Assembly (NCBI RefSeq): GCF_009914755.1
Contig: NC_060925.1
Source: the human T2T-CHM13v2.0 reference genome, Homo sapiens
Strand: one strand, 5' to 3'
Length of the DNA stretch: 64,000 nucleotides
Shown here piece by piece: positions 14,154 to 27,410 of this stretch. A program made the translations under genes and the position numbers. Position 1 is the stretch's first letter. Each line of letters opens with the position of its first letter. The notes below the pieces were generated by a model, which was not told where the DNA came from, did no database searches, and was given only the letters and a program-made list of their open reading frames with translations.

Positions 14154-14894
14154 TACAGCAAAAGGGGCTTTGCTGATGTGATTAAATTAAGAATCCTGAG
14201 ATGGAAAGAATATCCTGGATTATCCAGGTGAGCCCTAAAATGCAATCACAAGTGTCCTAGAAAGATGGAGGCAGATGGACGTTTGACTGCAGAAGAGGAG
14301 TAAGGAATGTCACAATGGAAGCAAGAGGTTGGAGTGATGTGAGGAAGGGGTCCTGAGCTAAGGAATACAGATGGTCTCTGGAAGCTACAAAAGGCAAGAA
14401 AATTTATTCTCCCATACATACACCAGAAAGCATCAGCCTGCAGACACCTGGATTACCCTAGTGAAACTGATTTTGGACATATAGCTTCCAGAACTGCAAG
14501 AAAGTAAATCTGTGCTGCTTTAAGCCACCAAGTTTGTGTTATTCTGTTACAGTAGCCATACAGTTTTCTCATATTTGGTTCATGTTTGTATTTCTTATTT
14601 TGTGTATTTCCCTAGTCAATTGTATGTATTTTTTACCAGCTATATTAAGGCATAACTGACTTACAGTAAACTGCAGATATTAAAGTGTGCTATTTTATGT
14701 TTCCTGGTATCTATATATCTATACTGGGAAACTCACCACAATCTAAATAATAAACATGTCCATTGCTTCAAAAAGTTTCCTTGTGCCTCATGATAACTCT
14801 GCCCCTTCATAGCCCTTCTAACCTCCCACCCCTTCAGCAGCCATTGATCTTATTTCTGTCACCATAGAAAAATTTATATTTGTAAAGAGCGTAA

Positions 14895-15203
14895 GGCCAG
14901 GTGCTGTGACTCATGTCTGTAATCCCAGCACTTTGAGAGACAGAGGCAGGCGGATTGCTTGGAGCTCAGGAGTTCAAGACCAGCCTGGGCAACATGACGA
15001 AACTCTGTCTCTGCAAAAAAATACAAAAATTACCTGGGTGTGGTGGTGCATGCCCATAGCACACCTGTAGTCCCAGCTACTTGGGAGGCTGAGGTGGGAG
15101 GATCATTTGAGCCCAGGAGATCAAAGCTGCAGTAAACCATGATCATGCTACTGCATTCCAGCCTGGGTGACAGAGTGAGACCCCGTAACAAAAAAAAAAA
15201 AAA
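14895..15203 (+). mobile_element. Alu (J-like)
   Basis: Dimeric Alu. Confidence 0.88.
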
Positions 15204-16271
15204 GGTTTAATACAACTGGAATCATACAGTATGCACTCTTTTTTTCTGGCATAATTATTTTCAGATTCACCTAGTTGTTTTGTAGATCCATAGTTTGTTC
15301 CTTTTTATTGTTGGGTATAGCTCTCTACTGCATGGTCATACCACAATTTATTTATTCATTCACCTATTGATGGATATTTGAGTTGCTTTCAGTTTGGAAG
15401 TATTATGAGTGAAGCTGCTATGAATATTCATGTGGAAGTCTTTACATGGAAATAAGTTTATGTTTCTCTGGGTCAATAACTAGGGGTGGAATGGCTAGAT
15501 CATGTGGTAAGTGTATGATTAATTTTTTAAGAAGCTGACCACCTGCCTTCCCATTGGTTGACCATTTCACATTCTCACTAGCAGCCTGTGAGAGCTCTGG
15601 TTGTTCCACATCTTCATCGATGCTTAGTGTAGTTAGTCTTCTTATTTTTAGCCATTCTAAAAGGTGTATGGTCGTATCTGATTATGTGGTTTTCTTTCTA
15701 CATTTCCTTAGTGACTTACAATGTTGAACATCTTTTCATGTGTTATCTGCCATTGGTATATCTTCTTTGGTGAAGTGTCAATATTCAAGTGAATACTGAA
15801 TTGGAGAATTCTTTATGCATTCTAGACACAATCTTTTATCAGATGTATGCTTTGCAAATATTTTCTCCCCGCCTGTGGCCTGTCTTTTCATTCTTTATAC
15901 TTTGTCTTTCAGGTAGCAGGTTCTAAATTTTGATAAAGTTCAATTTAACAAGTTGTCCCTTTATAGATCATGCTTGTGGTTGTACCTAGGAAATCTTTGC
16001 CTAACCCAAGGGCACAATGGTTTTCTCCAGTGCTTCGTATAGAAGCTTTATAGTTGCGTGTTTTGTCTTCAGGGCTATTCCGTTTTGAGTCAATTTTTAT
16101 GTATGGTGTGAGGTATAAATTGAAGTACAGGTTTTTGTATATAGATATCCAATTTTTTTCTCTTTTCTTTTTTTGGTATATGAATATCCAATTGTTCCAA
16201 GAACATTTGTTGAAAATACTATCTTTTCTCCATTGTATTGACTTTATGCCTTTGTCAACAATCAGTTTTTC

Positions 16272-16281
16272 ATAGATAGAC

Positions 16282-16325
<44 letters not shown>
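16272..16325 (+). repeat. (GATA)n tetranucleotide STR with one GACA interruption
   Basis: atagatagacagatagata...gatagat. Confidence 0.97.
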
Positions 16326-17039
16326 GTCTTTTCTTTATGCCCTATTCTGTTTAATTGTTCTATTTGTCTACCTTGATTTAATACTACACTGTTTTAATAA
16401 CCACACGCTTATCATAAGTCTTGAAATCAGGTAGTGTTAGGCCTTCAAATTTTTTCTTCTTTTTCAAAGTTGTTTCTTTGCTATTCTAGATCATTTGAAA
16501 TTCCATATAAATTTTAGGATAAACTTACTAACTTCTACAAAGAAGTCTGCTGGAATTTTTATAGGGATTGCATTGAATCTGTAGGTCAATTTGGGAAGAA
16601 TTAACATCTTAATAATTTTAAGTCTTCTGACCCAGGAACATTGTATATCTCCATGTAGTTTGATCTTCTTTAATTTTGCTAAGCAATGCTTTTTATTGTT
16701 TAATGTACAGGCATTTATCCCTAATTATTTCACATATTTTTAATGCTATTGTAAATAGCTTAAAGTTCCTCTCCTGTAAGGCAGCCTACTGCATGTGGTG
16801 TCATCTGATCCTCTTTGTGTCACTCTGTGGGAACTGCCGATATGCTTCTACTGCTATTGTCCAGAACAATAAATTAACTGCCCATTGTCTCCTACCCAGG
16901 AGTCTTATATCTCCTACAAGCACTCATGAAATTTTGGCAGGCTATCTGTTAGTCTGCAAGTATGATAAAAATCTCACACCTTCATAGTTTCTAACAGGTA
17001 CCCTAACCAGTGCCTAGTGGGAATGGAGACTATAATCAG

Positions 17040-17515
17040 CCTTGTGTATGTGTCGATAACAACTGTTGCCTCTAATTCTTTCTTGTGGTTCTTTCTCTGG
17101 CCTTGCGTAGTTTCCTCACATGTGTGCACTGGTCAGTAATCACCTAAATTCTTAAGGGATCCTCTTCGCAGATCTCTTGAGTTCTCTCTCTCTTCTCTGG
17201 CATTCTGCCCTTCCAACTCCAGTCACCTCGGTCTCGCCTGACTCTCAGCTATATCTCTTCAACTTGGAGAGTCTTCCAGGCTCAGCTTAGGTCCCTGCTT
17301 CCTGTGCTAGGGTCTGGAAATTTTCTCAAAGCAGTATGCTGGAGTAATTGTGGGGCTCACCTGATTTGCTTTCCATCTCTCAGTGATTATTAGGCTTCAT
17401 TATCTAATGTCCAGTGTCTTGAAAACTGTTGTTCTATAGGTTTTGTCTGTTTTGGGTTGTTTCAAGTGACAAGGTAGATTTGCTCCCTGCTACTCCATCT
17501 TGATAAAGAAGTCCT
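17040..17515 (-). mobile_element. Probable ancient L1M 5'-end fragment
   Basis: Resembles recalled L1ME/L1MD 5' consensus in reverse. Confidence 0.45.
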
Positions 17516-17789
17516 ATCCATGCCGAAGTCCCATGAATTCGTTATGTAGTTATTTCAAACTTGATGTTCTGTCTTATATTTATTTACATTCTATTTACCT
17601 TTAACTTGGAAAGTTGTTTCTACAATCCAGATAAATCAGATTGTCACTTATTTTTCTTTTTTTCTTTTCTTACAGCTTATTTTCATAATCCTGAAATTAA
17701 TTTTAGGGTAAGACATGAGCCTGTAATTTTTTTCTCTTTTTTTTGTGTTCCTAGTCCCTCAATTAGTTAATTAGTTCATTGCTAATCAA

Positions 17790-18094
<305 letters not shown>

Positions 18095-18570
18095 CTCTTT
18101 CTCTTCTAATCATCAATTTTATAACACAATTTTTGCATAATATATTCTTTTACTTGTAATACTTCCTTTATAATATTTTAAGATTTTACATATTCTAGGA
18201 TTTATTTCATCTCCATTTATTTTTTCTTTTGATCTATATATTTTAATTGTTGTAGATTTATAGTATATTCTAATACCTGAATGGGCAAATTTTGCCTCAA
18301 GACTCTTTTTCTATTTTTTTAATTATCCTTTACTTCTTTTGTACCTGATAATTATTTTAACAAGACCTCTCTCTCTCTGCTCCTCTCCTGTCAAAATTAA
18401 TTCCAGTGAAATTTTGGTTGAAACAAACATCTTTAGAATATCTGGTCTATCCTTCTGGAAATACATATTTTTTTAAAGTTTTCCTTTACGTCTCCCATTA
18501 TAGCGTCAAGTTAATTACATGTAAGATTTACTTAATGTATGTTAATTGTGTATGATTCCTTTTTCTCTGA

Positions 18571-18899
<329 letters not shown>

Positions 18900-19817
18900 A
18901 ACTATAGTAGAATTTAACATCAGTGGCAATCTCTTTTTTGGGGGACTTCATTTCACTAGTGTTTAGGGACTTAGCACTGCTCTTCTCATAACTCTCTATC
19001 CTGATCTTTCTTTCTCGTTCCTTCTCAACTAGGAGCTCTGGTATCCTCTATAATTCTGAGATGTCTTCTTTCTCTTTACTCTCTCCCTTTATAGATCCTC
19101 TGTATGTAGAGAATCCCAAGAACTATTCTGTAACCAGAATCTCTGTCCAGGGCTCCTATCAAGTTAGCTTTATGCTCAGACCTTCCCAGAGGACCACCCT
19201 TCTGCTTGGGATACCCTGGGCAATTACCCCTCTCTCTTTTCTGTTCCATGTCTATTAGCTTAGACCACTTCGAGGCACTCATATCAGCCAAGCTGCACAA
19301 ATTATTCAGAAGAAAAATATTTTATCTGTTATTCTTCTATAACTATTGGCATTTCAACAGGAAACTCTCATAACCACCCTGCCTCTGGCCTTTCCCAAAG
19401 TGAGAAACTCCCCGTAAAACTTTCTAACCATGCTGTAGGCAGGCAAAGAAGGTATGTGGGTGCTGATATTTTCGTTACAACACCCATTCTAGATTTATAT
19501 CATTCAGGGCCACTCAGGAGACAGAAACTGCTTTAGTAATTTGAATAGGATAATTTAATATAAAGAATCATTAGCTATATCAGAAGGTTGAAGTAAAAAG
19601 GGATTGTTAGTAAGAGGTTAAGTAAACTCTATAGAATATAGTAATGGCAGATATAAGGAGCAGTGACACTGTAAAATGCAGCATCCAAGGAAGAGGCCTA
19701 TCTTTCTACCCACAGCTGAGATACAGCTCTTGTGGGAGGGCACAGTTGTGGTTCACTGGGTGGCGGAGGAGTTGCTGTGATACTGCCCTGTCAGAACTTG
19801 TTGAAAATTGCCAATGG

Positions 19818-19980
19818 GGTGGCTTGCACCTGTGGTCCCAGCTACTTAGGGGGCTGAGGTGGGAGGATCACTTAAGCCCATAATTTTGAGGCTGCAGTGA
19901 GCCAAGATCATGTCACTGCACTCCAGCATAGGCAACAGAGTGTGATCTCATCTTTAAAAAACAAAAGCAAAACAAAAAAA
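19818..19980 (+). mobile_element. Alu right monomer (FRAM or truncated AluJ)
   Basis: ggtggcttgcacctgtggtcccagctac... Confidence 0.8.
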
Positions 19981-20516
19981 CTCGTTCAAAAATCCGCCTT
20001 CCTGAAATTTCCCTTTGAGGTGCTAGAAGAAGCTGTGGATGGCCAGGTGTCTCGCTAGAGGCATTCAGGAGTCAGATGCTGGAGAAGCCTTCTATGCTAC
20101 AGGAGAACGTGAATATACTTCAGCACCCTGATGCTGGAGAAGTTTCCACAGGAGTCTGTAGAGAAAAGCACATCAGAACCAGGAAGATGGCCCCTTTTTC
20201 TTATAATGTCACTCTAATGCCCTCTACTGACAAATCTGAACATCTGGCCTTCAGGCAAATAAAAATATTTAAGAGCCCAGCTCAATTTTCACAGAGCAGC
20301 CAAAAAGGATGAATTTAGAGCCGAGAGGCAATAAGCTGATAACTAGCATAGGTTTGTTTGTAAAACTCTTACACAAGCATTTAGGTGACTTCAGTTATTT
20401 CCACCATACAGTGGGCATTCCGTTTCAATATTGTCAGCTATTTTGGTTCATTGTAACAGCAGAAACTATTTTTTTAATTCATGAATTCCAGTGCTTGTTA
20501 GAAATTTCTGTTGCCT

Positions 20517-21283
20517 AAATCAAAACCACAATGAGATACCATCTCATGCAAGTCAGAATAGTGATTATTAAAAAGTCAAGAAACAATAGACGCTGGAGAG
20601 GCTGTGGAGAAATAAGAATGCTTTTACACTGTTGGTGGGAATGTAAATTAGTTCAACCATTGTGGAAGAAACTGTGGCAATTCCTCAAGGATCTAGAACC
20701 AGAAATATCATTTGACCCAGCAATCCAATTACTGGGTATATACCCAAAAAATATAAATCATTCTACTATAAAGACACAGGCACACATATGTTTATTGCAG
20801 CACTATTTACAATAGCGAAGACATGGAACCCATCTAAATGCCCATTAATGATAGACTGGATAAAGAAAATGCGGGTACATAGACATTAGGAAATACTATG
20901 CAGCCATAAAAAGGAATGGGATCATGTCTTTCACAGGGACATAGATGAAGCTAGAAGCCATCATCCTCAGCAAACTAACGCAGGAACAGAAAACCACATA
21001 CCACACGTTCTCACTCATAAGTGGGAGCTGAACAATGAGAACGCATGGACACAGGAAGGGGAACAACACACACCAGGGCCAATCGGGGATTGGGGTGTGA
21101 CAGGAGGGAGAGCGTTAGGACAAATAGCTAATGCATGCAGGGCTTAAAACCTAGATGACGGGTTGAAAGGTGCAGCAAACCACCACGGCACATGTACACC
21201 TACGTAAGAAACCTACACGTTCTGCACTTGTATCCCAGAATGTAAAGTAAAATTTAAAAAAAGAAAAAACAGGAAGAAAAAAG
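20517..21283 (+). mobile_element. 5'-truncated L1PA (older primate) 3' end
   Basis: ORF2 C-terminal peptide MRYHL...[13 protein letters not shown] in the ORF track; 3' UTR and A tail. Confidence 0.92.
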
Positions 21284-21344
21284 GAAATTTTTGTTGCCTA
21301 TTCTGACTGTATGCTAAGTGATAAAGCACAACCCTCTGAGTGGG

Positions 21345-21530
21345 CAGTGCAACTCCGTGGTTGAGCAGACTCTGCAGTGGAGTGCTTGGGTCTGAATGTG
21401 ATTCTGCCATGTACTGGTTGTGTGACGGTCAGCAGTTATTTACCCTGTGCCTCTGTTTCCTCATCTATAAAATGGAAAAAATAATAGTACTTAACTCATT
21501 AGCTTATTGTGAAGATTAAATAAGCTAACA
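21345..21530 (+). mobile_element. MIR
   Basis: Core 'ctctgtttcctcatctataaaatgg...ataatagtac'. Confidence 0.75.
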
Positions 21531-22080
21531 TAGGTATCTCCAACTTAACAGCAGTAATCAATTTCTGAAAATCAGACTTCTGGATAAAAACCTGGATCCT
21601 ATTTTATATTATTTTAAAGGAAGAAAAATGTGAATGTGTAACAAATCAGCCATTCCTACCCTCCAGGCAATTTCTTAAATTGCAACTAAACACAAAAAAA
21701 ATTTCTATATATACGTAAACTCACATTAACATGTTAAATGCACAAAACATCACTTCTTGATCACTAAATAACACTAACATTAATGCAGGAACTTTGTGTT
21801 TAATATGCAGGAACATGTTTTCCATTGAACCACTGCAATCATTTTTTTTTAACTTTGCTTCCTTCTCTACAACTTTCTCCAGTGCATTCCCAACTTTATT
21901 TGGAACTCCTTGTTCCAATTTACATTTAGCCCTAGGCAAAAGCAAGCATTAGCTATGAAAGACAGCAAAAAAATAGGTTCCAGATCAGGACACAGTGGTA
22001 ATGAAAGGATCACACTGAGCAGGATGGTGAGAGCTGCTGGGCATCAGCAGCATCCTAAAGGGCACCTCTAAAGTGCACCC

Positions 22081-22494
22081 CTTTTTATTTTGTCAAGAGT
22101 AAGGGTCTCACTTTGTCACCCAGGCTGGAATGCAGTAGTGCAGTCATGGCTCACTGCAGCCTCGAACTCCTGGACTCAAGTGATCCTCCCATCTCAGCCT
22201 TGGAGAAGCCAGGATTACAGGCTGGAGCCACCATACCTGCCATCTTGGCTCACTGCAATCTTTGCCCCTCCCCGCCCCTCTGGGTTCAAGCAATTCTCAC
22301 CTCAGCCTCCTGAGTAGCTGAGTAGCTGGGACTACAGGTGCTCACCACCATGGCTGGCGAATTTTTGTATTTTTAGTGGAGACGGGGTTTCACCATGTCG
22401 TCCAGCCTAGTCTCTTAACTCCTGGCCTCAAGAGATCCTCCCGCCTCCGCCTCCCAAGGTGCTGGAAATACAGGCATGAGTCACCACGCCTGGT
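22081..22494 (-). mobile_element. Composite Alu (monomer fused to a 3'-truncated Alu)
   Basis: Two successive right-arm-like segments followed by a left arm. Confidence 0.8.
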
Positions 22495-22521
22495 CAATAC
22501 CTGCACTTTTTAAAGGTTTAA

Positions 22522-22938
<417 letters not shown>

Positions 22939-23414
22939 TAAAAACCAAGTTTAAAAATGTTGTATTGAGTTTTTAGGATGTGAATATATATTTATTTCCT
23001 ACATAAACATCTACTGGAATATGTCAAAATGAGGATTCTTGTTTTTGTTTTTGACTTATGGGTATCACAATCTATGAACCTCCTTAAGAGGGGAAAGGGA
23101 AAACGCTAAGTTTGGGGAAAGCCTTTAGAACAAGTCTAGCCAGTAAAGGTTTGCTGCATTATCCATCTGAGTCATTAACTTTGTCAATAGTTATATTCTG
23201 TCACTCATTCATTGATTCATTCATCCCTTCCAAAAATATTTTTGGAAAATTCACTTCAGGCCAACTTCTGTTGCTAACCTTGAGGGGACATGGTAAATGA
23301 AATACGTTCCCCTCCTGCGAGAAGCCAACATTTTAGGGGGGAAAATGAAGGCCGACTGTGGTAGGTGCTTCGATGGAACTAGGAGCTGGTGACAGAGGCT
23401 AACTTCAGAGAAAA

Positions 23415-24300
23415 GCTAGCCCCGGGTGGGAGGCAGGATCCTCGCGCGGATAGCAAGGTATTCGCACCCTCGGTCTGCACTGCGCAGTCGGGCGCCAGAA
23501 ACCCTCCAGGCCCCAGCCGGGTCCGAGGGAGAAGGGTGCGGTTGGATTCAACACCCGCCCCAGGGAAAGAAGGTGAGTCTATTCGGTTTGCAAGAAAGGT
23601 CTCGCGTGTTATCTTGGGCGGGGGGATGATACGATCGTATTCTAATTATCGGCCCCCAGTGGATCTGTCCCGCGTCCTAGCTGCTGCGGCGTTCAGTGGG
23701 CACGTAAGAGACACCTGAGGAGGACACTAAACCAACATTAAGGCAGCAGACAAGGGAAGCCGCCGAGGCTAGGAAATCAAAGTGGACCGCGCTGGGCTGG
23801 GGACGGGCTGGGGACGCACTGGGGCGGAGGACCAGGGCACAGGCGAGCTAGCGGAGGAGTCGGCTGAGGCCATTCAGCCGCTGATTTTCGTCCTGGAACG
23901 GACTTCGCGTAAACACACCGAGCCATTCAGAGCTCTCTCCAAGTCACATTCTGAGGCTCCGGCCCCGGAACTCTGGGCTAGACGACCCCGCCCCGGAACC
24001 TTGTGTTACCGGCACTAAATGCAGAAGTTCCTCTGGTTGCCACCGGACGCAACTGTCAGGTGACGCTTCCGGCGCAGAAAAATGGCAGCCGCCGCTCCGG
24101 ACTCACGTGTGAGTGAGGAAGAAAACCTGAAAAAGACCCCAAAGAAGAAGATGAAAATGGTAACTGGAGCCGTAGCGTCGGTGCTGGAAGACGAGGCCAC
24201 AGACACTTCTGATAGTGAAGGTAATGTGGTAGGGCTGAGCTTTGGTGTCTGGGAGGAAAGGCGGGGCTGAGTTCGTGTCAAGCAGCGCTTGCGACTTCAT
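23415..24300 (+). promoter_or_regulatory. RRP15: CpG-island, TATA-less promoter of RRP15
   Basis: High CpG density. GC boxes at 23821 and ~23986. GCCCCGGAAC (ETS) twice, at 23962 and 23990. TGACG plus CTTCCGG at 24061-24072. YY1-like AAAATGGC over the ATG. CACGTG at 24104-24109. Confidence 0.9.
24082..24220 (+). CDS. RRP15: RRP15 coding exon 1 (MAAAAPDSRV...TSDSE-G), 139 nt, phase-1 end
   Basis: ATG at 24082 within a CpG island. Translation matches the recalled human RRP15 N-terminus. Donor GAAG|GTAATG at 24221. Confidence 0.96.
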
Positions 24301-25719
24301 TTGCTGCTAGCCACCTGGGTTTTATCTTGGCACCACTTCAGAGGGGCGACTTTGGCTTAGTGAGGAGGCTTGGGGAAGTCGTGTTCAGAGAAGTAACGCT
24401 GTCAACTGTAATTTTGAGTTTCCACATTCTTTTACTAGGTATTTTCAGGGTCACCATTATTAATTATAATAAAATGGGTGAAACACCTGCAGCTACCGAG
24501 AAACTTACAGTAGCAAAGGGTGAAAGGAAGAGGGTACTTGAAAACAGGAGAAGAATGGGTCTCATAGGGTGTAAGAAGCAAAAGGTTAAAAGAGGTAAGA
24601 GGAAGAAGGGGGTGTACTTGACTTTTTGTGCGGTAGATGTGTGCGTGTTTTAGAGACTAAATAATAGTGAATGAAAGAAGAGTTTGGTGGTTAAGGTCGA
24701 TTAAAAACTGGTAGTGTTTGATAACTATGTCTCTCAGAGACGCTTGATAATAAAAGGAAGGAAGGATGTGTTTTTGAGGCTTTCAACCATGCTGTGTCTG
24801 TTGCTCCTCTTTACCATCATTCTTGGCACCAGCTTATTAGGTTACAAGGAATTGCAGGTAATCCCTGACTTCCTACTGCCCAGTTATTGCTCCTTTGTAC
24901 CAGCTGATACCCAAAAAACAGACAGAGCTATTCTTTTATAACGTATTTCTAATTATGCCCGCTGTCTGTTTGAGATGATCCAGTGGCTTCTCATCTCAGT
25001 ATATAATATCCAAAATCCTTAGGCTGTATGATTTGGGCCAGGTTGTCTGTCATAGGCCAATATGCCCCTCACAAACCACTAACTGTAATCATGCCATACC
25101 GGTATGCTTGTGTTTAACACCTTAAACATGCTCCCACACCATGGTTTCTTCATTTGTTGGCTCCGCTGCCTAGAATAGTTTTCAAATGCTTGGCATGTCT
25201 CTCCCTCACCAGCCTCTGATCCAGTGCCTTACCAGAGAGACTTGTCCCTGACTACCCTATGTAACGTACCACCACTACTCTTCTTCCTGCCTTCTTTTCT
25301 TCACTTTTTGACTTATTGCCCTGCTTTATTTTTTCTCAACCCTGCCCAAACCATTTGATGTATGTATTTGCTGCTTTCCCAATTGGAATATAAGTTCCAT
25401 AAAAATAGAGCCTACTGTATCCCCAGTTCCTATTGCCTTGTGGGTCCTTCACAGATATTTAAGTAAATGAATGAATTAACCTGGACTTCCAGGACCAAGA
25501 AGAAAGTGTCATATGCTACTGCAATTCCTAGGTAATTAGAGTCTTCATCTCCTGCCACATTGTTAAGGAAAACAAACTATTTGTTGGGCCAAAATTAGAA
25601 CTTCTGGTTCTGATATTTTTTAAATTCATTAGACTAGTTCAAACACTATTGTTCAAGAAGGGAAGAGTACTATATTTGCTATATTTGGAGCAAAATGTCA
25701 GTACTGCTTACAAATTGGA

Positions 25720-26045
25720 TTTTTCTTTTTCTTTTTGAGACAGGGTCTTGCTTTGCCACCCAGGCTAGAGTGCAGTGGCACAAACAGGGCTCACTGCAAC
25801 CTTGACCTCCTCCCCCACCGCCCCCCAAAGCGATCCTCTTGCTTCAGCTTCCCCAGGTAGCTAGGACTACAGGCGCATACCACTGTACCTGGCTAATTTT
25901 TTTTTTCTTTTTTTTTTTTTTTTTTGGTAGAGATGGGATTTTGCCATGTTGCCCAGGCATGTCTCGAACTCCTAGGTTCAAGTGATCCACCCGTCTCGGC
26001 CTCCCAAAGTGCTGAGATTACAGGTGTGAGCCAGCACACCTGGCC
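25720..26045 (-). mobile_element. Alu (J-like)
   Basis: TSD caaattggatttttct. Confidence 0.88.
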
Positions 26046-27149
26046 AAATTGGATTTTTCTATTCAAATACTGGATAATTCCAAGTTGGAACTGTTCTGAC
26101 TTTTCAGCGTATTATTATAAATGCTGATTAGGTTTTAAGGTTCTCTTGCTGTTATAGATCAGCCACATTACGGGTTAAAAAGGTTTTTGGCCAATATGGA
26201 AACCTAATTTATCTAATTCAATTCAATGAACACTTGTTGTGTTCCCTTAGGTTCCAGTCACCCTCTAGGTGTTGAGGATACAAAGGATGAATATATTTCT
26301 GCATTAAAATTTCAGTTTTAGGAAAGATATTAAACACAGGACTGTAATATAGTGTATTAGTATAATTAAAAGGTAGTTTTCAAGATCATGGTTCAATTTT
26401 GGAAAGGTAAGGATGGAGACAGAGAAATTCATATCCTCTGGAACCCAGCCTAGGCGTTGCTTACTTATATCTTACGTGTATTATTGATAATATACTATGT
26501 TATTATATTTTAACATATCTCTCTCCTTATAGAGATAAGTTCCCCAAATGTCAAAAGTATGTCTTGTTTATTTTCACAGGGTCTTCTTTGCATACTTTAG
26601 TATTCAGTAAATTGTTTTGTTGAATAAATGTATAAGGTGGCATTCTATCTAGGCTTTAGAAGGATGAATAGTTTTCCTGACCTGGGAGTATAGAGGGCAG
26701 TTTTCTCAGACATAAAAGCATATACAGTGGCATGCGGTCTCTTAAAATTCATGGCCTATTTCAGACAAAGTAATCTTCTGTTATGGCTCCAGCTGTTCAG
26801 AGAAGTGACTAGAAGTAAAACTGGAAACAATGGTTAAAAGTAGATTATAAAGGGCCTTGTGTATTTGTAGGCAGCAGGGAGCTATTGAGAACTTTTAAGC
26901 AAGATGGTGACAGTTGTTTATAAATATTACTGCCAGATGTACGGTGACTGCCAAAGAGTGCCAGGACAGTTTGTAGGCAATTGCAAAATTCTATGTTAGG
27001 ATCTGCACTAGGACACAGCAGTGAAGACAGAGAAGGGCCCCACTTGAAATATTTTTCAAAAAGAAAGTATTCAATTTTGCAAACAGGCAACTTTCATGTG
27101 AGCTTATAGCACCATAGGTTTTGGGCATACTACACTGTTAGAGGAATTG

Positions 27150-27410
27150 GATAATAACAATAGTTATACTTTTGGAACTTTCCTATGTGCCTGGTTCTGT
27201 TCTGAGTTCCTTCTATATATCAGCTCAGAGAATTCTGACAACTCTATGAGATAGATGCTGCTATTATCCTCCTGTTACATTTAAAAAACTGAGGCACAGA
27301 GGCTTATAACTTGCCCACTTCTGTACATAAGCAGATAAGCAAGTTGATAAATGATACAACAATTATTGAAGTTTGATTGTAGAGCTTATGCTCTTGACCA
27401 CTACCTTAAT
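27150..27410 (-). mobile_element. MIR
   Basis: 'aaactgaggcacagag' core. Confidence 0.7.

Larger units (their letters stand above)
13289..14560 (+). mobile_element. MLT1D MaLR LTR (split by MER47A)
   Basis: gaataatagacccaaagat...cctaatccctggaacctgtgaatg | gcaaaaggggctttgctgatgtgattaa... Confidence 0.8.
14625..16760 (-). mobile_element. Old L1 (L1MB/MC-like) 3' portion
   Basis: Typical antisense ORF2 / 3' UTR text; contains an Alu (14895-15203) and a GATA STR. Confidence 0.8.

Noticed and set aside
20531-20815. ORFs resembling L1 ORF2 (also 59043-59225)
   Set aside because: 5'-truncated L1 fragments lacking promoter, ORF1 and RT; not autonomous.
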